Shown here in pieces: positions 23,816-36,860 of a DNA stretch of 64,000 bases. Under the pieces are notes generated by a model. It was not told the origin of the DNA, ran no database searches, and saw nothing but the letters and a program-made list of their open reading frames with translations. The DNA comes from Vicugna vicugna (Eukaryota), in the NCBI GenBank assembly GCA_013265495.1, contig MU058287.1, positions 1-64,000 of the forward strand. Direction: 5' to 3'. A program made the position numbers and the translations under genes. Each line of letters opens with the position of its first letter. The stretch's first letter is position 1.

Positions 23816-26348
23816 AATGGACTCAAAGGGCAACTAGCTCTAATTATATTTTATTTAATTAAGATTCTTTTAAAGTTTTGAAGTGCTTTTTCTCCTTCTT
23901 TGCTATCAAGCCTTAAGAAAAGTTTTGTCAGGCTAGAATAATTACTGCACTGTATCTAGAAAGTTTAGCCTTTCCGATATTTACTGGCAGTTGTGTAGCA
24001 TTTTATTATTATAAATATGAGTGCTGAATCATTCTTAAGAAGTAAACAGTAAATTTATGCACTTTATGAGCCACATGATGGATGCCTCTGCTTCTGTTCT
24101 GTTCTGTACTTGAAATTCTTTCTACAGCTGAGCCCCAGGTCTGATCTAAAATCAACAGAGAAAGTTTGAAATACTCCAATGTGTGCCTCTTAGGAAATCT
24201 AGTGGTTTTAGAAAAAAAGCATGTATGTACTGTATACTTCAAAATAACTAAATAACAGTATTCTTAATGGGAAAAAAAAATCCCATTTTTTCCTGGAACT
24301 GTGAATGGAAAACTCAACTGCATACCATTCCAATTCAAGGATCTGTAATCTTAGACCATTGAAGAGTTCCTCTTTCCAAGGAATGTTTCTCTGTGTGGTT
24401 TCTAAACCTCCTGACTTTTTGCAAAAATTTAGCGTACCCTAGGAAGCTTAAGAGAAATAAGAGTGTAAGAAGAACATAGGTCTTCTTAAGTTTTCATGTC
24501 TGACACACACAGTTCTTCTATTTTTATCTATCATATTTAGTCATACTCTCTACTTCATTTGACTTAACCTTTAGAACAAAACCAAGAGCTCTCAAGTAGT
24601 GAAAAGGATTTTCTCTTTCACAACAAACATGAAGACAAAATTTGCTAGGCCTCAGCCTCCGGTACCAGAGAAATACGTGGAAAGACAAGTTGTCAGGAAT
24701 CTGATGTTCTACTTACTCTTCTAAAAGTCAATAGTTGTAATTTTAACCACACTCTGTGGCATTCTACATGTTGTTCAGCTTAGTAAGATTACTTACTAAT
24801 TGCTTGCCTCCTCCTGATGCCCCCTGATCAACTTGTGTGACTAAATAGCTCTAACAGAGTCACAAACAAGGTAGAGAAGGAAGTTGTTCTCCTCTTTATG
24901 CAGTGTTAAGAATGATCCTGAATTACAGCCAAAGGATGCCCCAATACTGGTGCCCAGATTTGGGGCTCAGAGTTTAGTGCTGCTCTTGGGACTAGGAAAC
25001 CTGAAAACTCAGCCTCTCTGACCCTCAGTTCCTTTAGCTGTAAAATAGAAATACTAATGTCTTTCTCAGGGAGTTTGTGAAGATTAAAAGGTTAAATGCT
25101 CTTGTAACATCTACTGTTCAGTCCAAAAAAACAAAAGCACAGTAAATCTGTATGTGAATATAAGATATTGAAAACTAATTGAGCACTAGTTTTTTAACTC
25201 CTTCTCTAACATAAAAATTATGGCAGATACATTTAAATTGCAAGAACTAACACAACTACAGTCACCTAAACAAAATTACCTAGGACAAATTAAAGTCACA
25301 TTACTAACAAGTAAGAGTAATTGTACAATTAAATGGTATTAGCTACTATAATTTTATATAAGTATATACACATACCCAGAGTTTCAATTTATGTTTAGCC
25401 AAATTGGAGATGTCAGATTTGAGAAAAATTCCTCTCCAGTAGATGAGGATGTTAGAAGTGATTTCTGTGGCAGTACCCTGATGATTCATCCCTCAACTAC
25501 CATGGTTTCTTAATGAATCTGAGATATTTTAATTCAGTTCTTCCTCATTTTCACTTTAGCCCTGCATTTCTGAGTGGGATCAATTCCTTCTCTTCCCTGC
25601 CCTCACCATCCTCCACCCCAGCCCAGGCAGCTGCCGGTCAACTTGCCACCAGGAAAAGCATTTCATTCCTGACCGTAAGGACACTCAAGTGGCAATAGGA
25701 CATAAATAAAATTTATCTTTGCTCCTCAGCATTTCAGCTCAATTTCTTGGTCCTCTATCTCCTAACTGTCCCCTTATCCTCGCCCAGATTCCTCCTCCCC
25801 CACTGCCCAGGAGTCCGGTGTCTTCTCCGTCTTCTCCTCCTTGCCTCCTCTGAAGGTTCTCTAGTTCTAAGACAGCACTACTTTTTTTTTTCCAGTTTCC
25901 CTTTCCATCAAACTCACATTCTTTGAAACCTGCTGATCTCAGAGAAGTGTAAACAGAAAAACCAACTCGTCAAACCTAAAGTTGGAATAACTGCTTTTTC
26001 CTGTCTGGGATTTTGCATTTGAAGTGTGTTAATCCATATTCACCTACAATTAGTGAAATCCCAGGGTATTGAAAAGGGACTTTGGTTACAGGGTGGGGAC
26101 ATCTACGGGCAACAGACTTTTCTTCATTCCTTTAACTTTCAACACACGTGAGGCTTCCTCCTGCTTTTGTTAGGGCCAGTCTCTAAAGACTCTACGTTTA
26201 CTTCTCGAGAAGAGTCACTGCTTGGGGATTAGCCTTCACTTCTGGTTGCCATCTCAAACCTGATACCAAGAATGCAGCTTTGTTCATGGACAGCTTGCAG
26301 AGTCCTGCTGATTGGCATAAACCCACGAGGAAATAAAGTTTTTTGTTC

Positions 26349-26391
26349 ATGTGTGCATATACAGACACACACACACACGTGTGCACACATA
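26349..26391. repeat. (CA)n-based alternating purine-pyrimidine tract
   Basis: atgtgtgcatatacagacacacacacacacgtgtgcacacata. Confidence 0.8.
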
Positions 26392-27184
26392 AATGAGCAC
26401 CTTTTCCTCATTCATGGACAAACACAATTTCAGCTGCATTGGAAACTTTCCTTCAATCTTTCTGTTCTTAGAACATAGGAAAATTATAGATGTGACTGGT
26501 GATTACATCCTAAATTGACAAGTAGAAGATGCTACAAGCTTCAAGTTCCTTCACCTTTGATTAACTTACTTTCTGGAGGACTTAGAGTCTTGGGAAGAAT
26601 GAGCATTTTGTGTATATCTTATTTTGGTGAAATATGTGAAGCTGCAGTGATTCTGTCTAGGGCAGTGTTCATAAATTGCTGCAATGTGTGTTAATTGTTT
26701 TGTACAAACTCACATAGAATTTATTGGTAGAAATAAATTGCATTTATGGTTTATTTGATCTTTTTTGTTTGCACCCCTTAAGCCCCAGGAACCAGGAGGA
26801 TCAAAGTGTTCGAGGAACACAGAACCACATATTCCCTCAATCTGAGCACAGAACCGTGAAGGGAGCAAGAAGCGTACATTGTGTTCTCAGGAGCTGAAGG
26901 TGAGGTGGGAGTTACTAAACTGCTTAAGTGAAAAAAAAATTCTTTATGAGGTAGGTCTTGAAAGAATAGTCCAACATTCTTCAACATGTGCAAGCCGTCT
27001 TTTGTCTCCACCATACTACTAAAATAATTCACAAGCTAATTCACCAATTAACTTCTAATAGTCATATTTTAAGGCACCTCATTTTAGTCCTTGTATGACG
27101 CAGTCTGACGCATTCTCATATTGACCCTCAAATGTTGGAGTTCCCAGTTTCATCCACTGTCTTCTAGTCTAACTCTTCTTCAGC

Positions 27185-27500
27185 GTCTTTCAGATAGAGG
27201 CCCACAAACTGATACAGGCCACAGATATATTCAATTTGTGCTCAACAGTATTTCATGCAAGTTTAAGAAACAGTCTTTGAAACTTGAACTTTTCACTTAT
27301 TCCTTTGGACTTTCCAGGTTCTTTTAAAGAAATGGAAAGATTTGACAACCCAAGACCAACACTTATGCATAGTTAGTTGGATCTAAATAGTGGTTGCTCT
27401 ATAGAGACTGGACATTTGCTCTCTAGTTGCCATGGTCCCCACCACTCCCTATTGCCTTAAATCTCTGGCCCGCCCTCTTAGCTCACTTACATGAGTGAGC
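27185..27500. mobile_element. MER102-like hAT-Charlie element
   Basis: ggaaagatttgacaac; ctctctagttgccatggtccccaccactccctattg. Confidence 0.65.
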
Positions 27501-27559
27501 ATTTGCCTCCGCTGTTCATGTACTCCTCCTGTGGAATCTCATTCCTATTTGTGTTTGAA

Positions 27560-28620
27560 CTACCTCCAGAACACATTCTCAAATGCCATACAGTGTCTCT
27601 GTTCTCCTAGATGCACTGTAGTTTCCTCACTCTCAACTTGTCTAAAACCAAACACATTTCTACTTCTCATTCGCTTTTTCTGCTGTGTCCATACAGTTAA
27701 TAGTGTCACCACCTATAACGGTCAGTTTAATGCCTAGGCTCTCGTACACGGTTATCAAATAAATCTCGCTGTGAAGATATTTTACAGATGTGGTTAACAT
27801 CCACAATCAGTTGACTTTAAGCAAAGGAGATTATCTTTATAATCTGACTGGACCTTATCCAATCAATGGTAAAGCAAAATTGAGGCTTTCCTGAAAAAGA
27901 AGAAATTTGGCCTCAAGGCAGCAGCATCAGCTCCAGCTTGAGAATTTCCTGCCTGCTGGCTTCCCCTACATAGTGCAGACATGCCAGCACCCACAATCGT
28001 CCTGGTTCTGTTCTCTGGAGAATCCTGAAACTGATGCCCCAGCCATCTAGACATCCATACCAAGAATCTAAAAGACTTGCTCAACATTTTCTTCTCCGCA
28101 TAGCTTTCATCCAGTCGTTCTCTTTGCAAATTATTCTTCAAAATAATTATCAAATCTGATTTTACAATTCTGTAACTCAGATCTTGTCCCTATTACTTAG
28201 ACAGCAAAGGCCAAACTCCTAAGTAGGGTTCACATGGCTATTCATTTTCTGGTCCCCAACTACTTCTCCAGATTCAGTCCTTACTATTCTACCCACTTCC
28301 TTTGTACCTGCCAGCTAGATGGTAATACAGCCACATTTTTTATGGCACCCTCATATTTTACTCTTCTATGCCTAAGTTGCTCTTATAATTTCTAACATCC
28401 TTCTTTATAGAGCCCCTGGCAAAAATCTACTCATCTTCAAAAACTTAGTTGCAACATCTCTTCTTATATAAAACCTCCCCATCCTCTCTGTTCCTGGTAG
28501 AATTAATCAATTCTTCCTTTGTACCCCAGCCTTCTCTTGCATACTTCATCGAAATTTAGCCATAATGTAAAAGTTTTTTCATTTGTTCATTCCTATGTTT
28601 GTCTTCCTCTGTTAAATTAT
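27560..28620 (+). mobile_element. LINE-2 (interrupted by an MLT2 LTR)
   Basis: cactctcaacttgtctaaaacc; aaggccaaactcctaag; tctactcatcttcaaaaacttag. Confidence 0.65.
27714..28035. mobile_element. ERVL LTR (MLT2D-like)
   Basis: gctgtgaagatattttacagatgtggttaacatccacaatcagttgactttaagcaaaggagattatc...ggttctgttctctggagaatcctga. Confidence 0.85.
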
Positions 28621-28649
28621 GAGGCCTAATTCATTTAATTTAGATGACT

Positions 28650-29110
28650 CTTTGGCAATAATTACTAATGACTCCTTAATATCTATTCTCTCCTCTTCCA
28701 CAGTAATAGAACTTCTAGATAGGCACATGGCCACCCTAAACAAAGGCTACCTTTTCAGCCTCCCTTGCAACTTGGTGTGGCTATGTGACGGAGTTCCAAC
28801 CAATGGAATCTAGTGAAAGTGTCTTGTGCCAGCATCCAAGAACCTTCCATCAAAGGCAGTTGTCACCAGCTCTTTGACCCTTCTTCCTCTATTTTTTCAG
28901 TCTACTCCTTGGAATGTGAATCCAATGACTGAAGTCCCATTTTGGTTCTGGAGGAAAAGGCATGGTCAAGTGAAAGGCTTGGCAAGTAGCCTGGGTCCCT
29001 GAGGACCTTTGTAGAGAAAAGTCACCTCTGTACTTTCAGTGGGGAAAGAAATGAATTTTCACCATAGATATGGTTATATTAATGTCTTCACTTGGCTCTC
29101 TTTTTCATTT
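28650..29110. mobile_element. Old MaLR LTR (MLT1G/J-like)
   Basis: gggcacatggcc-like motif; cagcctcccttgcaacttggtgtggctatgtgac.gagttc..accaatggaat; gcctgggtccctgagga. Confidence 0.7.
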
Positions 29111-29639
29111 AAGCTTTGACATCAACTGTGATGCATAAAGATTTGTTACTGGGTCCTAGTCAGAGAGAGGCTGATAAGCTCGGCAAGGAGCAGGCTGTGT
29201 TTGGGTTTAAAACTTGGGTCCAGTGTTTGCACTTGGTCTTCCCGTTGTTTGTACAGGGAATCTTCTGCTTTTCAACCTCTGGACTTTGACTTAGTTCCAG
29301 CTCCAATCCCTGGGAAACCCAGTCCTGACACATCCTGCTCCACTTGGCCAGTGTCTGACTGACCAGGCCAACTCCATCTCTTGCAAGTAGGAGTGAGTTA
29401 GCAAATCAAATATAAGGGAGGAACAGCTAAGCTACAGCCAAGATTGAGGTGACATAGGATGCTGTGAGCTGAGTGGAGAAAGTGCCAGCAGCAGAGCAAA
29501 GAATTTGAGCCCATGGTTGGTGAACTTGGAAAGCAAGACCAGGAGAGAAATATGCCAAACTATTGCTAGGGTGATCTGATTTACTGCTTCGGAGATCATG
29601 TTCATTTCATGAAAAATTCAGATGAATCATTACACATGA

Positions 29640-30790
29640 TGACCCTTTTCCAACATGAGTGTAGGAAATGGACACTCAGATACTCTAGTGGGAGTATAAA
29701 CTGGAGAAAAATTTAGGAGGGTAACTTGGCAAGTCCCTTAAATATTTTAAATGTGCATTCACTAGCAGCCAAGTATCTTTAAAGGAAAGGAAGGGGTTCA
29801 GCTTTATTATTTAATATTACTCAAGATGTTCTATGCATTCGGTAAAACAAATAGACCTGTGCTCACATATCTACTCTATTCCCAACAGTAATAAGAACTA
29901 AACTTAACAAGAAATACATAAAACTCATGTGAAGAAAACTGTATAATTTCATTGATGTTTATATGAAGGCTAAAACTCTCTCTCTTTGATAATGCTACTA
30001 TTCTTATACTTAGAAAACCAAAAGAAATCACTGATAGTTTAACGTTAGAGTTCAGTAAGATGGTTAGAAATAAGGCAAATATATAGAATTAATTATATAC
30101 ATCTGCAATACTAATTAGAAAATGTTATGAGGAAAAGATAGCAATTGAAATCAGTGAATTACTGATGGAAGAATCAATACATAGTTTGGGAAAATCTGAT
30201 ACCCAAAATAGGAAAAAATTATATTCTTTCCTCACATCCACAATTCAGATAGTTTAAATATGCAGATGAAGAACATAAAGATTAAAATATGGGAGTACCA
30301 AAATAAAATACTTCTTGGTGTAGAAAAAGTCTATTGTGACCCTTGGGTAAAAATACGGAAACTAAAAAGGAAAATATTGTCAATTGCTTACATAAAATTG
30401 GAAACTTTAAGACCATAGAAAACTTGGCCAGGAAATAACAGATTAAGAGAAAATATTTGTGACACATTTGAAGGGATGAGTATCTTTGTTATAAAGAGTG
30501 CCTCCACATCGGTAAGAAAGTCAAATGCTCATTAGGAAATGGGCAAGGAAAATGAAAAAGCAATTCGCAGAACAGATTTATTAAGTGAAAAACAAACATG
30601 GGAGAGGTTGGCCAACATTGCTAAATAAAATACATAGAAATTAAAACAAAATACAATCTGGTACCTATTAGGTTCACAGAGATTAAAAAGATTTCTAATC
30701 AGTGTGGAAGGCAGTGAACACCTCGAGAAAAATGAGCAAAGGAAAAAATGGCATTTTTGTATATCAGATTAACAGGGATGAAAAAGATGG
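29640..30790 (+). mobile_element. Degraded L1ME fragments
   Basis: ctagtgggagtataaactgg; aacttaacaagaaatacataaaactcatgtgaagaaaact; aaatgggcaaggaaaatgaaaaagcaattc. Confidence 0.7.
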
Positions 30791-31619
30791 ACAGACATAA
30801 TTAAACAGAATAATTAGAGCAATTAATTTGTGTTTGTTCTTCCTGTAAGCGTATTCTACCCTTCTCCGACCTTTCTGTTTTCTTAACTCGTGGATTTTTC
30901 CAGATTTGGCAGGCAAAATCTGCCCGGCTTTTCCTGTCATTTGTGCACAACTAAACTTACTGAGGCAATTGGCTGCACTGAGAGGTGGGGAGAAGATGGA
31001 GAGAGAAATGGAGACAAAGACGGAAGAAGACAGAGCGTGATTTACAGGGAAAGAGAAGAAGCTGGAAGTTCATAGGGTGGTGAGGTCAGCAGGAACTGAG
31101 TCCTCTTGGGGGCAGCAACCTGGGGAGCCTGGACACCAGCTCTACATTCACAGCCTTTTAAAGACCCCCAAGTACGGCATGGAAACAGCAAAATTATCAG
31201 ATGCCAAGGGATGGTGAGGCCTTGGAGAAGAAGCATGGCTGCAGTAGCCCCGTGGGGCTACTACAGGAGCTCTCTGCTGCACTGGAATAGTTGTAAGAAT
31301 CCCCAGGGATTTTTGCAAGACACTTGTGGCTTGGGGTAGGGAACAGGTTTGGAGGAGATTCCCCATTTAGGGCTGTAATTTAATCCCCTTTCCCACGTCA
31401 ACAGGATAGACCACTCAGTCTAATTAAGTTTTTTTTTAATAAAGAAATACGACATTTCTTGTGCACCAAGGTTCAGTGGCTTAGTTGCGACATTGTTAAC
31501 CAGCATGTGGCAAAGCAGGCACCACTAGAAAATAAGCACAACCGTTCAGGAGGACCGTTTGCTAGTCTGTGTTAAAATGTGAAACGAGCATTTTTTCCTC
31601 TAGAAATCTTAATCCTAAA

Positions 31620-33760
31620 ACTTTAAAGAACTTTATTTACTGAGCAAAGTAAACGGATATACTGCAAATATGCATATAATGGCAAAAAGATTTGGGGAAA
31701 TTCTGCCTGTCCATCAGTAGGGAACGGCTTAAATAAATTATGAAGTAAATCAGGGCTGTATGTATGAAATACATACAATGGACTATTCTGAAGTGTTAAA
31801 AGTGATTGCATGCTCAAAACATTAGTCATTAAAGAAATACATATCAAAACCACAGCAAGATGCCACTTCATACCCACGAGGCTGACTCTAATGTAAAAAA
31901 GAAAGGAAATAACAAGTGTCAGTGAGGATGTGGAGAAATCGGAATCTTCACGCGTTGCTACTGGGAAGGTAAAATGGTGCTGCCACTGTGGAAAACCATT
32001 TGGCTGTTCCTCAAAAACTTAAACATAGAAAAATCATAGGACCCAGCAACTCTACTCTTAGTCATATATCCAAATGAATTGAAAGCATATGTTTATACAA
32101 CAACTTACACTTGTATGTTTATAGCAACATTATTCATAATAATCAGAAAGTGGAAACAATCTGCATATAGATGAATGGGTAAACAAAAGCGGTCTATCCA
32201 TCCAATGAAATATTTTTCAGCCATAAAAAGGAATGAAGTGCTGATATGACCATAAAAAGGAACAAAGTACTGTGATGGTTAATATGATGTGTCAACTTGA
32301 CTGGGCTGAAGGATTCCCCAGATAGCTGGTAAAACATTATTTCTGAATGTGTCTGTGGAAGTGCTTCTCGGAGAGATTAGCATTTGAATCAGCGAACCGA
32401 GGAACAAGATCTGCCCTCACCAGTGTAGATGAGCATCATCCAATCCAATCCACTGAGGGTTCCAACAGAGGAAAAAGGCAGAGGAAGGGTGACAGTTACC
32501 CTGTGTGATTCTTGTAAAGATTGAGAAGGTGTGCATTAAAGGATCCAGATGAAGAGAGAAAGAGAGAGAGAGATGAGACATTCATCTCTCTTGCTCTCTG
32601 ATGTTGGAGCTCCTGGTTCTTCAGCCTTCAGACCCTGGGACCTACATCAACAGACCCAAGGTTTGAGGCCTTCAGCCTCAGCCTGGACGTTACACCATTG
32701 TCTCTCCTGGTTCTCATGCTTGCAGGCTCAGACTGAATTAAACCACAAACTTTTCCAGTTGTCCAGCCTGCAGATAGCAGACTGTGGGACTTCTTGGCCT
32801 CCATAATTGCATGAGTTAATTCCTATAGTAAGTCTCTTCATATGTCTATGCATACATAATCTACTAGTTCTGTTTCTCCGAGGATCCCTGAGTATTACAA
32901 GTACTGCAACTGATACCTTTCTACAAATAAGTCACCTCCACAGGTTCCTGGTGGGCATACCTTTGTGCGGGCACCAGCCAACACACTACAGATACACAGT
33001 GAAATATTTCAATAGAAATTCTTGAAGGGTGTGACTTCAAGAGATTATTACTTTCTCATATACTTAATTGTATTTTTAAAATAAAGGAACATGCACCATT
33101 TTCCCAGAACCAATTAAAAAAAAAAGAATTGTTAACAACTAGAGTTTGCTGGGGTGCAGAGAATTGAGATATTCATGTACCATTGGTATAATTGTAAATT
33201 GGTACAGCCCTTTAGAGGGCAATTCGACAATTCAGTTTCTAGGAACGGAACTCATCCTGTGGGTGTAGTTACACCCTTGTGCAAAGTTACATGTGCCCAG
33301 TGATGTCCATTTGTAGCATTGTCTGTGATGGCAGAAAACCAAAGACAAAACAAAACGGAACTTACTTTTTGTGGTCTGTTTCCCCTAGGCAAAGTTTCCT
33401 TAAGGACCAAGTGCAAGAGTAAACAATTTTATTTTATGCAACCATTAAAAATAAGGGAGAGGGACTGTTTTCTGTATATCGACAAGGGTAAGCAGTCACA
33501 ATATATTGTTAAATAAAAATAGTAAGTTAAAATCAGTACGTATAGTGTAATCTCATTTAAAATGACTGTTTATACACTCCAGGGAAAATTCCAAAGGATG
33601 TATACCAACTGGTTAGCAGCAATTATCACTGAGTGATGGGATTCAGAATTTTCTCTTCCCATTTTATACATTTCTGTTTTGTAGGAATATTTTACAATGA
33701 GCATCTATTATTTCTATTATAAGAAGGAAAACAATGAATTTTTTTTTTGAAAGGAAAAAA
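31620..33760 (+). mobile_element. L1M fragments (L1MB-type 31810-32270 within older L1ME), interrupted by MLT2
   Basis: ctcaaaacattagtcattaaagaaatacatatcaaaaccaca...ggatgtggagaaatcggaa...cagccataaaaaggaatgaagtgctgata. Confidence 0.8.
32271..32899. mobile_element. ERVL solo LTR (MLT2B-like) with perfect 5-bp TSD
   Basis: TGtgatggttaatatgatgtgtcaacttgactgggct...gttctgtttctccgaggatccctgagtattaCA; AGTAC at 32266-32270 and 32900-32904. Confidence 0.9.
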
Positions 33761-34278
33761 AGAAGAATCCCATAGAGAGCAGCATTGTTCTGGGGCTGGG
33801 TCCTGGGCCAAGATTTAGACTCGGCTGTACAGCAGTGGAGCGGACCTCACTCAGCTGGAGCCTGTGAATAGCTTGACTGACGTTCTCTGCCTGGCCTGGC
33901 TTTCATGCATCTGGCATGGCTCAGCTGGGAGCCCTCTTGAAATTTCCATGAAGGGGCTTCTCTCACTGTGTGTGTGACATTGACCATTTCTTCGTTTTCT
34001 ACACAGCCTGTGCGAGAGCCAACATGCTACCGGCAATGGAGCCAAGCTCAAGTCAGCTCATTACCTCTCAGCTGTGTGACTTTGAGTGAGTCATGCAACC
34101 TCTCTAGGTTGCCTACTGCAAAGATCAATTTTGAAGATGAAGTTAAAACATATGTAAGATTTTTTCACAGACATTGCAACATAATAGGTACATAATAAAT
34201 GTCAGTTCACACCCCCACCACCTCTGCCACTGCTTCTTGCTCCCTGTCCACATTCTCTGGCAGATGAGTAATTTAAAG

Positions 34279-34990
34279 CAGTGGTTCTCAGTGGGAGTTC
34301 TGCTGGCCTCTTAGTGGCATTTTATAAATGGCAGAAGGAATAATTTTTGGTTGTCACCACAATGAAGAAACTACTGGCTTTGACTAGGTCTGTAAGCAGG
34401 GTCCAGGAATGCCAGATGTCCTGGAATACATATGACAGTCCAGACAAAAAATTATCTTGCGTTACACGTAACTTGTCAGTGTTGCACAAGGTATTTGTAA
34501 AAGTTAAAAGCCTGTTTATATTATCTAAGTCTAGAAGGTAATTCCATGTCATATAACAACACTGCATTTCCCAGGGGGAAGATTGTATTTTGTTATGTTT
34601 GGACTTTACCACTCTTTTGAAGATCACATTTTGACAGTAGCACCACTTATGTGTGTTATTTGAGTCTCCATAGAAAATATACCTCTACCCGCCTGCCTTT
34701 GTAGCTGTTGTAAGTTTGTTTGGTACGTAGGTGCAACCATCTGACTGTACTGTTATAGCTTCTAGAATGTCTATTCCTGAGCATTTATATAATGAAGCCC
34801 ATGCTAATCTACTGTAAATTATTTTTCTCTTATTTCCCTCTTATATTAGTTTGTACATTTTTATTGATTTTTCTTGAAACTTTGAGTATGTAGGTTATAT
34901 TGTTCATGCCTATGATTTTGGAATCATAAAAGTGACATTACAAAATGGTTATTACAGAAAAAGAACATGACAGAGTCCAGAAGATTATAA
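34279..34990. mobile_element. MER20B-like hAT-Charlie element
   Basis: cagtggttctca...tttttggttgtcaccacaatga...ccaggaatgccagatgtcctg; gtatgtaggttatatt. Confidence 0.65.
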
Positions 34991-36264
34991 ACTTTTCCAG
35001 TTGAAGCAAAAAACCTAAAAGAAAGTATCTCTTCTGTGAAGTAGGGTGGGTTCAACAATTGCATGCTTTCACTTGTAGAATAGTGACATTGACAAAAACT
35101 CAAGGATCTCACAGTCCCCATTTCCACGTGGCTTATACGTATTCGAGCTAGCAGCCAACATGAGTCCAGGGAGGCAACAGGGCCCAGAATTACACTTATG
35201 AGAAAGGGTCCTGGCCAGTTTGAGAAATCAAACAATCTTGCTGTCCTTTGTCAAAGCAGAAGGCAAGAGCTAGATCATGAGCCTGTAGATGAAGTGAAAG
35301 GCAACAGGCAGAGCTGCAAGAGGGGCAGGTGGGGGCGGGTGATGGTAGGTGGTAGCAAAGCAGAAAGTTGGGTGGGAGTAGACTGAAGAGTGTGGAACTC
35401 TGTTTCGGCCACAGCATCACTTTACTATGTGGACTGGGCTCCAGCTGGGCTCCTAGATTTGCATGATTCTACTGAATGTTGAATCTCTGTTGCATGGTTT
35501 CTTAAAGGTATCATTCAGCCTTTGAAAGATAAGGAATGAAGACCTCTGACTTCGTCAATAGGCCAGGGGCTAATGGGCCAGGAGATGGATGAAAAGGATC
35601 AAAAATCGCCAGTAAAAATTTATTTATATTTTGGAATACCCTGTGATACTTTTCTTTTAGTCTGTATCTGCTGGTGATGGAAAGCCTTCCTTCACAGACT
35701 TACTGAGAACATCAACATAGGATGCACTGTGGTAACCGTAGTCTAGTTTCCCCATTTTTCCTAATTATGGGGAAGTAAATGATTTCTAACACTTCCTAAT
35801 GGGCTTCAGGCTACAGAGAGTTTGCAGAAGTAAAATAATACTAGTAGTAGTAATAGTAACAAGAATAAAAGGCAGAGTGAATAATGTAAGAACATTAGTC
35901 CCATTAGTCTAGTTTATTTTAAATCAGAAAACAAATGTGAAAGCAAACTTTGCTCAAGATAATGTGCAAAATGGTTGCCCTGTGCTCAAAGAATGATGCA
36001 TTGTTTCGGTCAGCGTGACGAACCATATCTGGAGGAGGGGAATATTAAAAATAATTCTGAAGGAAGAAGTCAGAAAGGGGTCAGGAAGATATTTTATGTA
36101 GATGATAAGTGAAGGTTTATCAAAGATAAAAATTAGAAGAAATATTTTGTATGTGACACAATTTGAAGTTGAAGGTCAAGAGCTTCCAACCTGTCACTCA
36201 TCAGACCTGTCATGAAATACACACACACAAAATCACAGATAATATGAGAGAGAGAGAAATGTAT

Positions 36265-36860
36265 ATATCCATTCATTTGTACCAGATTGAATTTTGGTGA
36301 CCTAGGATATGCTGGGGTACATACAAGTGGTTTACAAGACTGGCTCAGCCCTGCACTTCCATAGTTAATGTAGTGGGGGATTCATGCAGATAAATGGGCA
36401 GTAAGAACATGGACCCACACTGGAGAAGCATGGTATCTGTAAGAGAATCTTGCAAGGCACCTGTCCTGTCCTCGACAGTCAGAGGGATCATCCCAGAAGA
36501 AACTACATCCTAGCTGAGACCCGGAGAATGAGTTGGAATTTGCTGAGGAATGAGATTGGCAGATGGACAGGAAGATTATGTCCTACAGAGGAAACAGCAT
36601 TTAGAAAGCACCCCCACCCATGAGAGTAAAGACCCTTCAAAGTGACAAGAGGTTCAATGTGACAGGATGAGTGGAGTGGTGGAGAAATCGGAGGCTGCAA
36701 AGGTAAATTGGAACCTGGTCATATCAAGAACTTTTAAGGGTTTACACATCCTAAGATCAATGACAAGACTTTAAAGAGTGAAACAGATGAACAACATGAG
36801 AAGATGAAAGATCTCTGGCTGTGGTGTAGAAAATGGATTATAAGGAAATAAAACAGAAAG
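36265..36860 (-). mobile_element. LINE-2 fragment
   Basis: cctgcacttccatagttaatgtagtgggg; agctgagacccggagaatgagttgga; aaagatctctggctgtggtgtagaaaatggatt. Confidence 0.7.
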
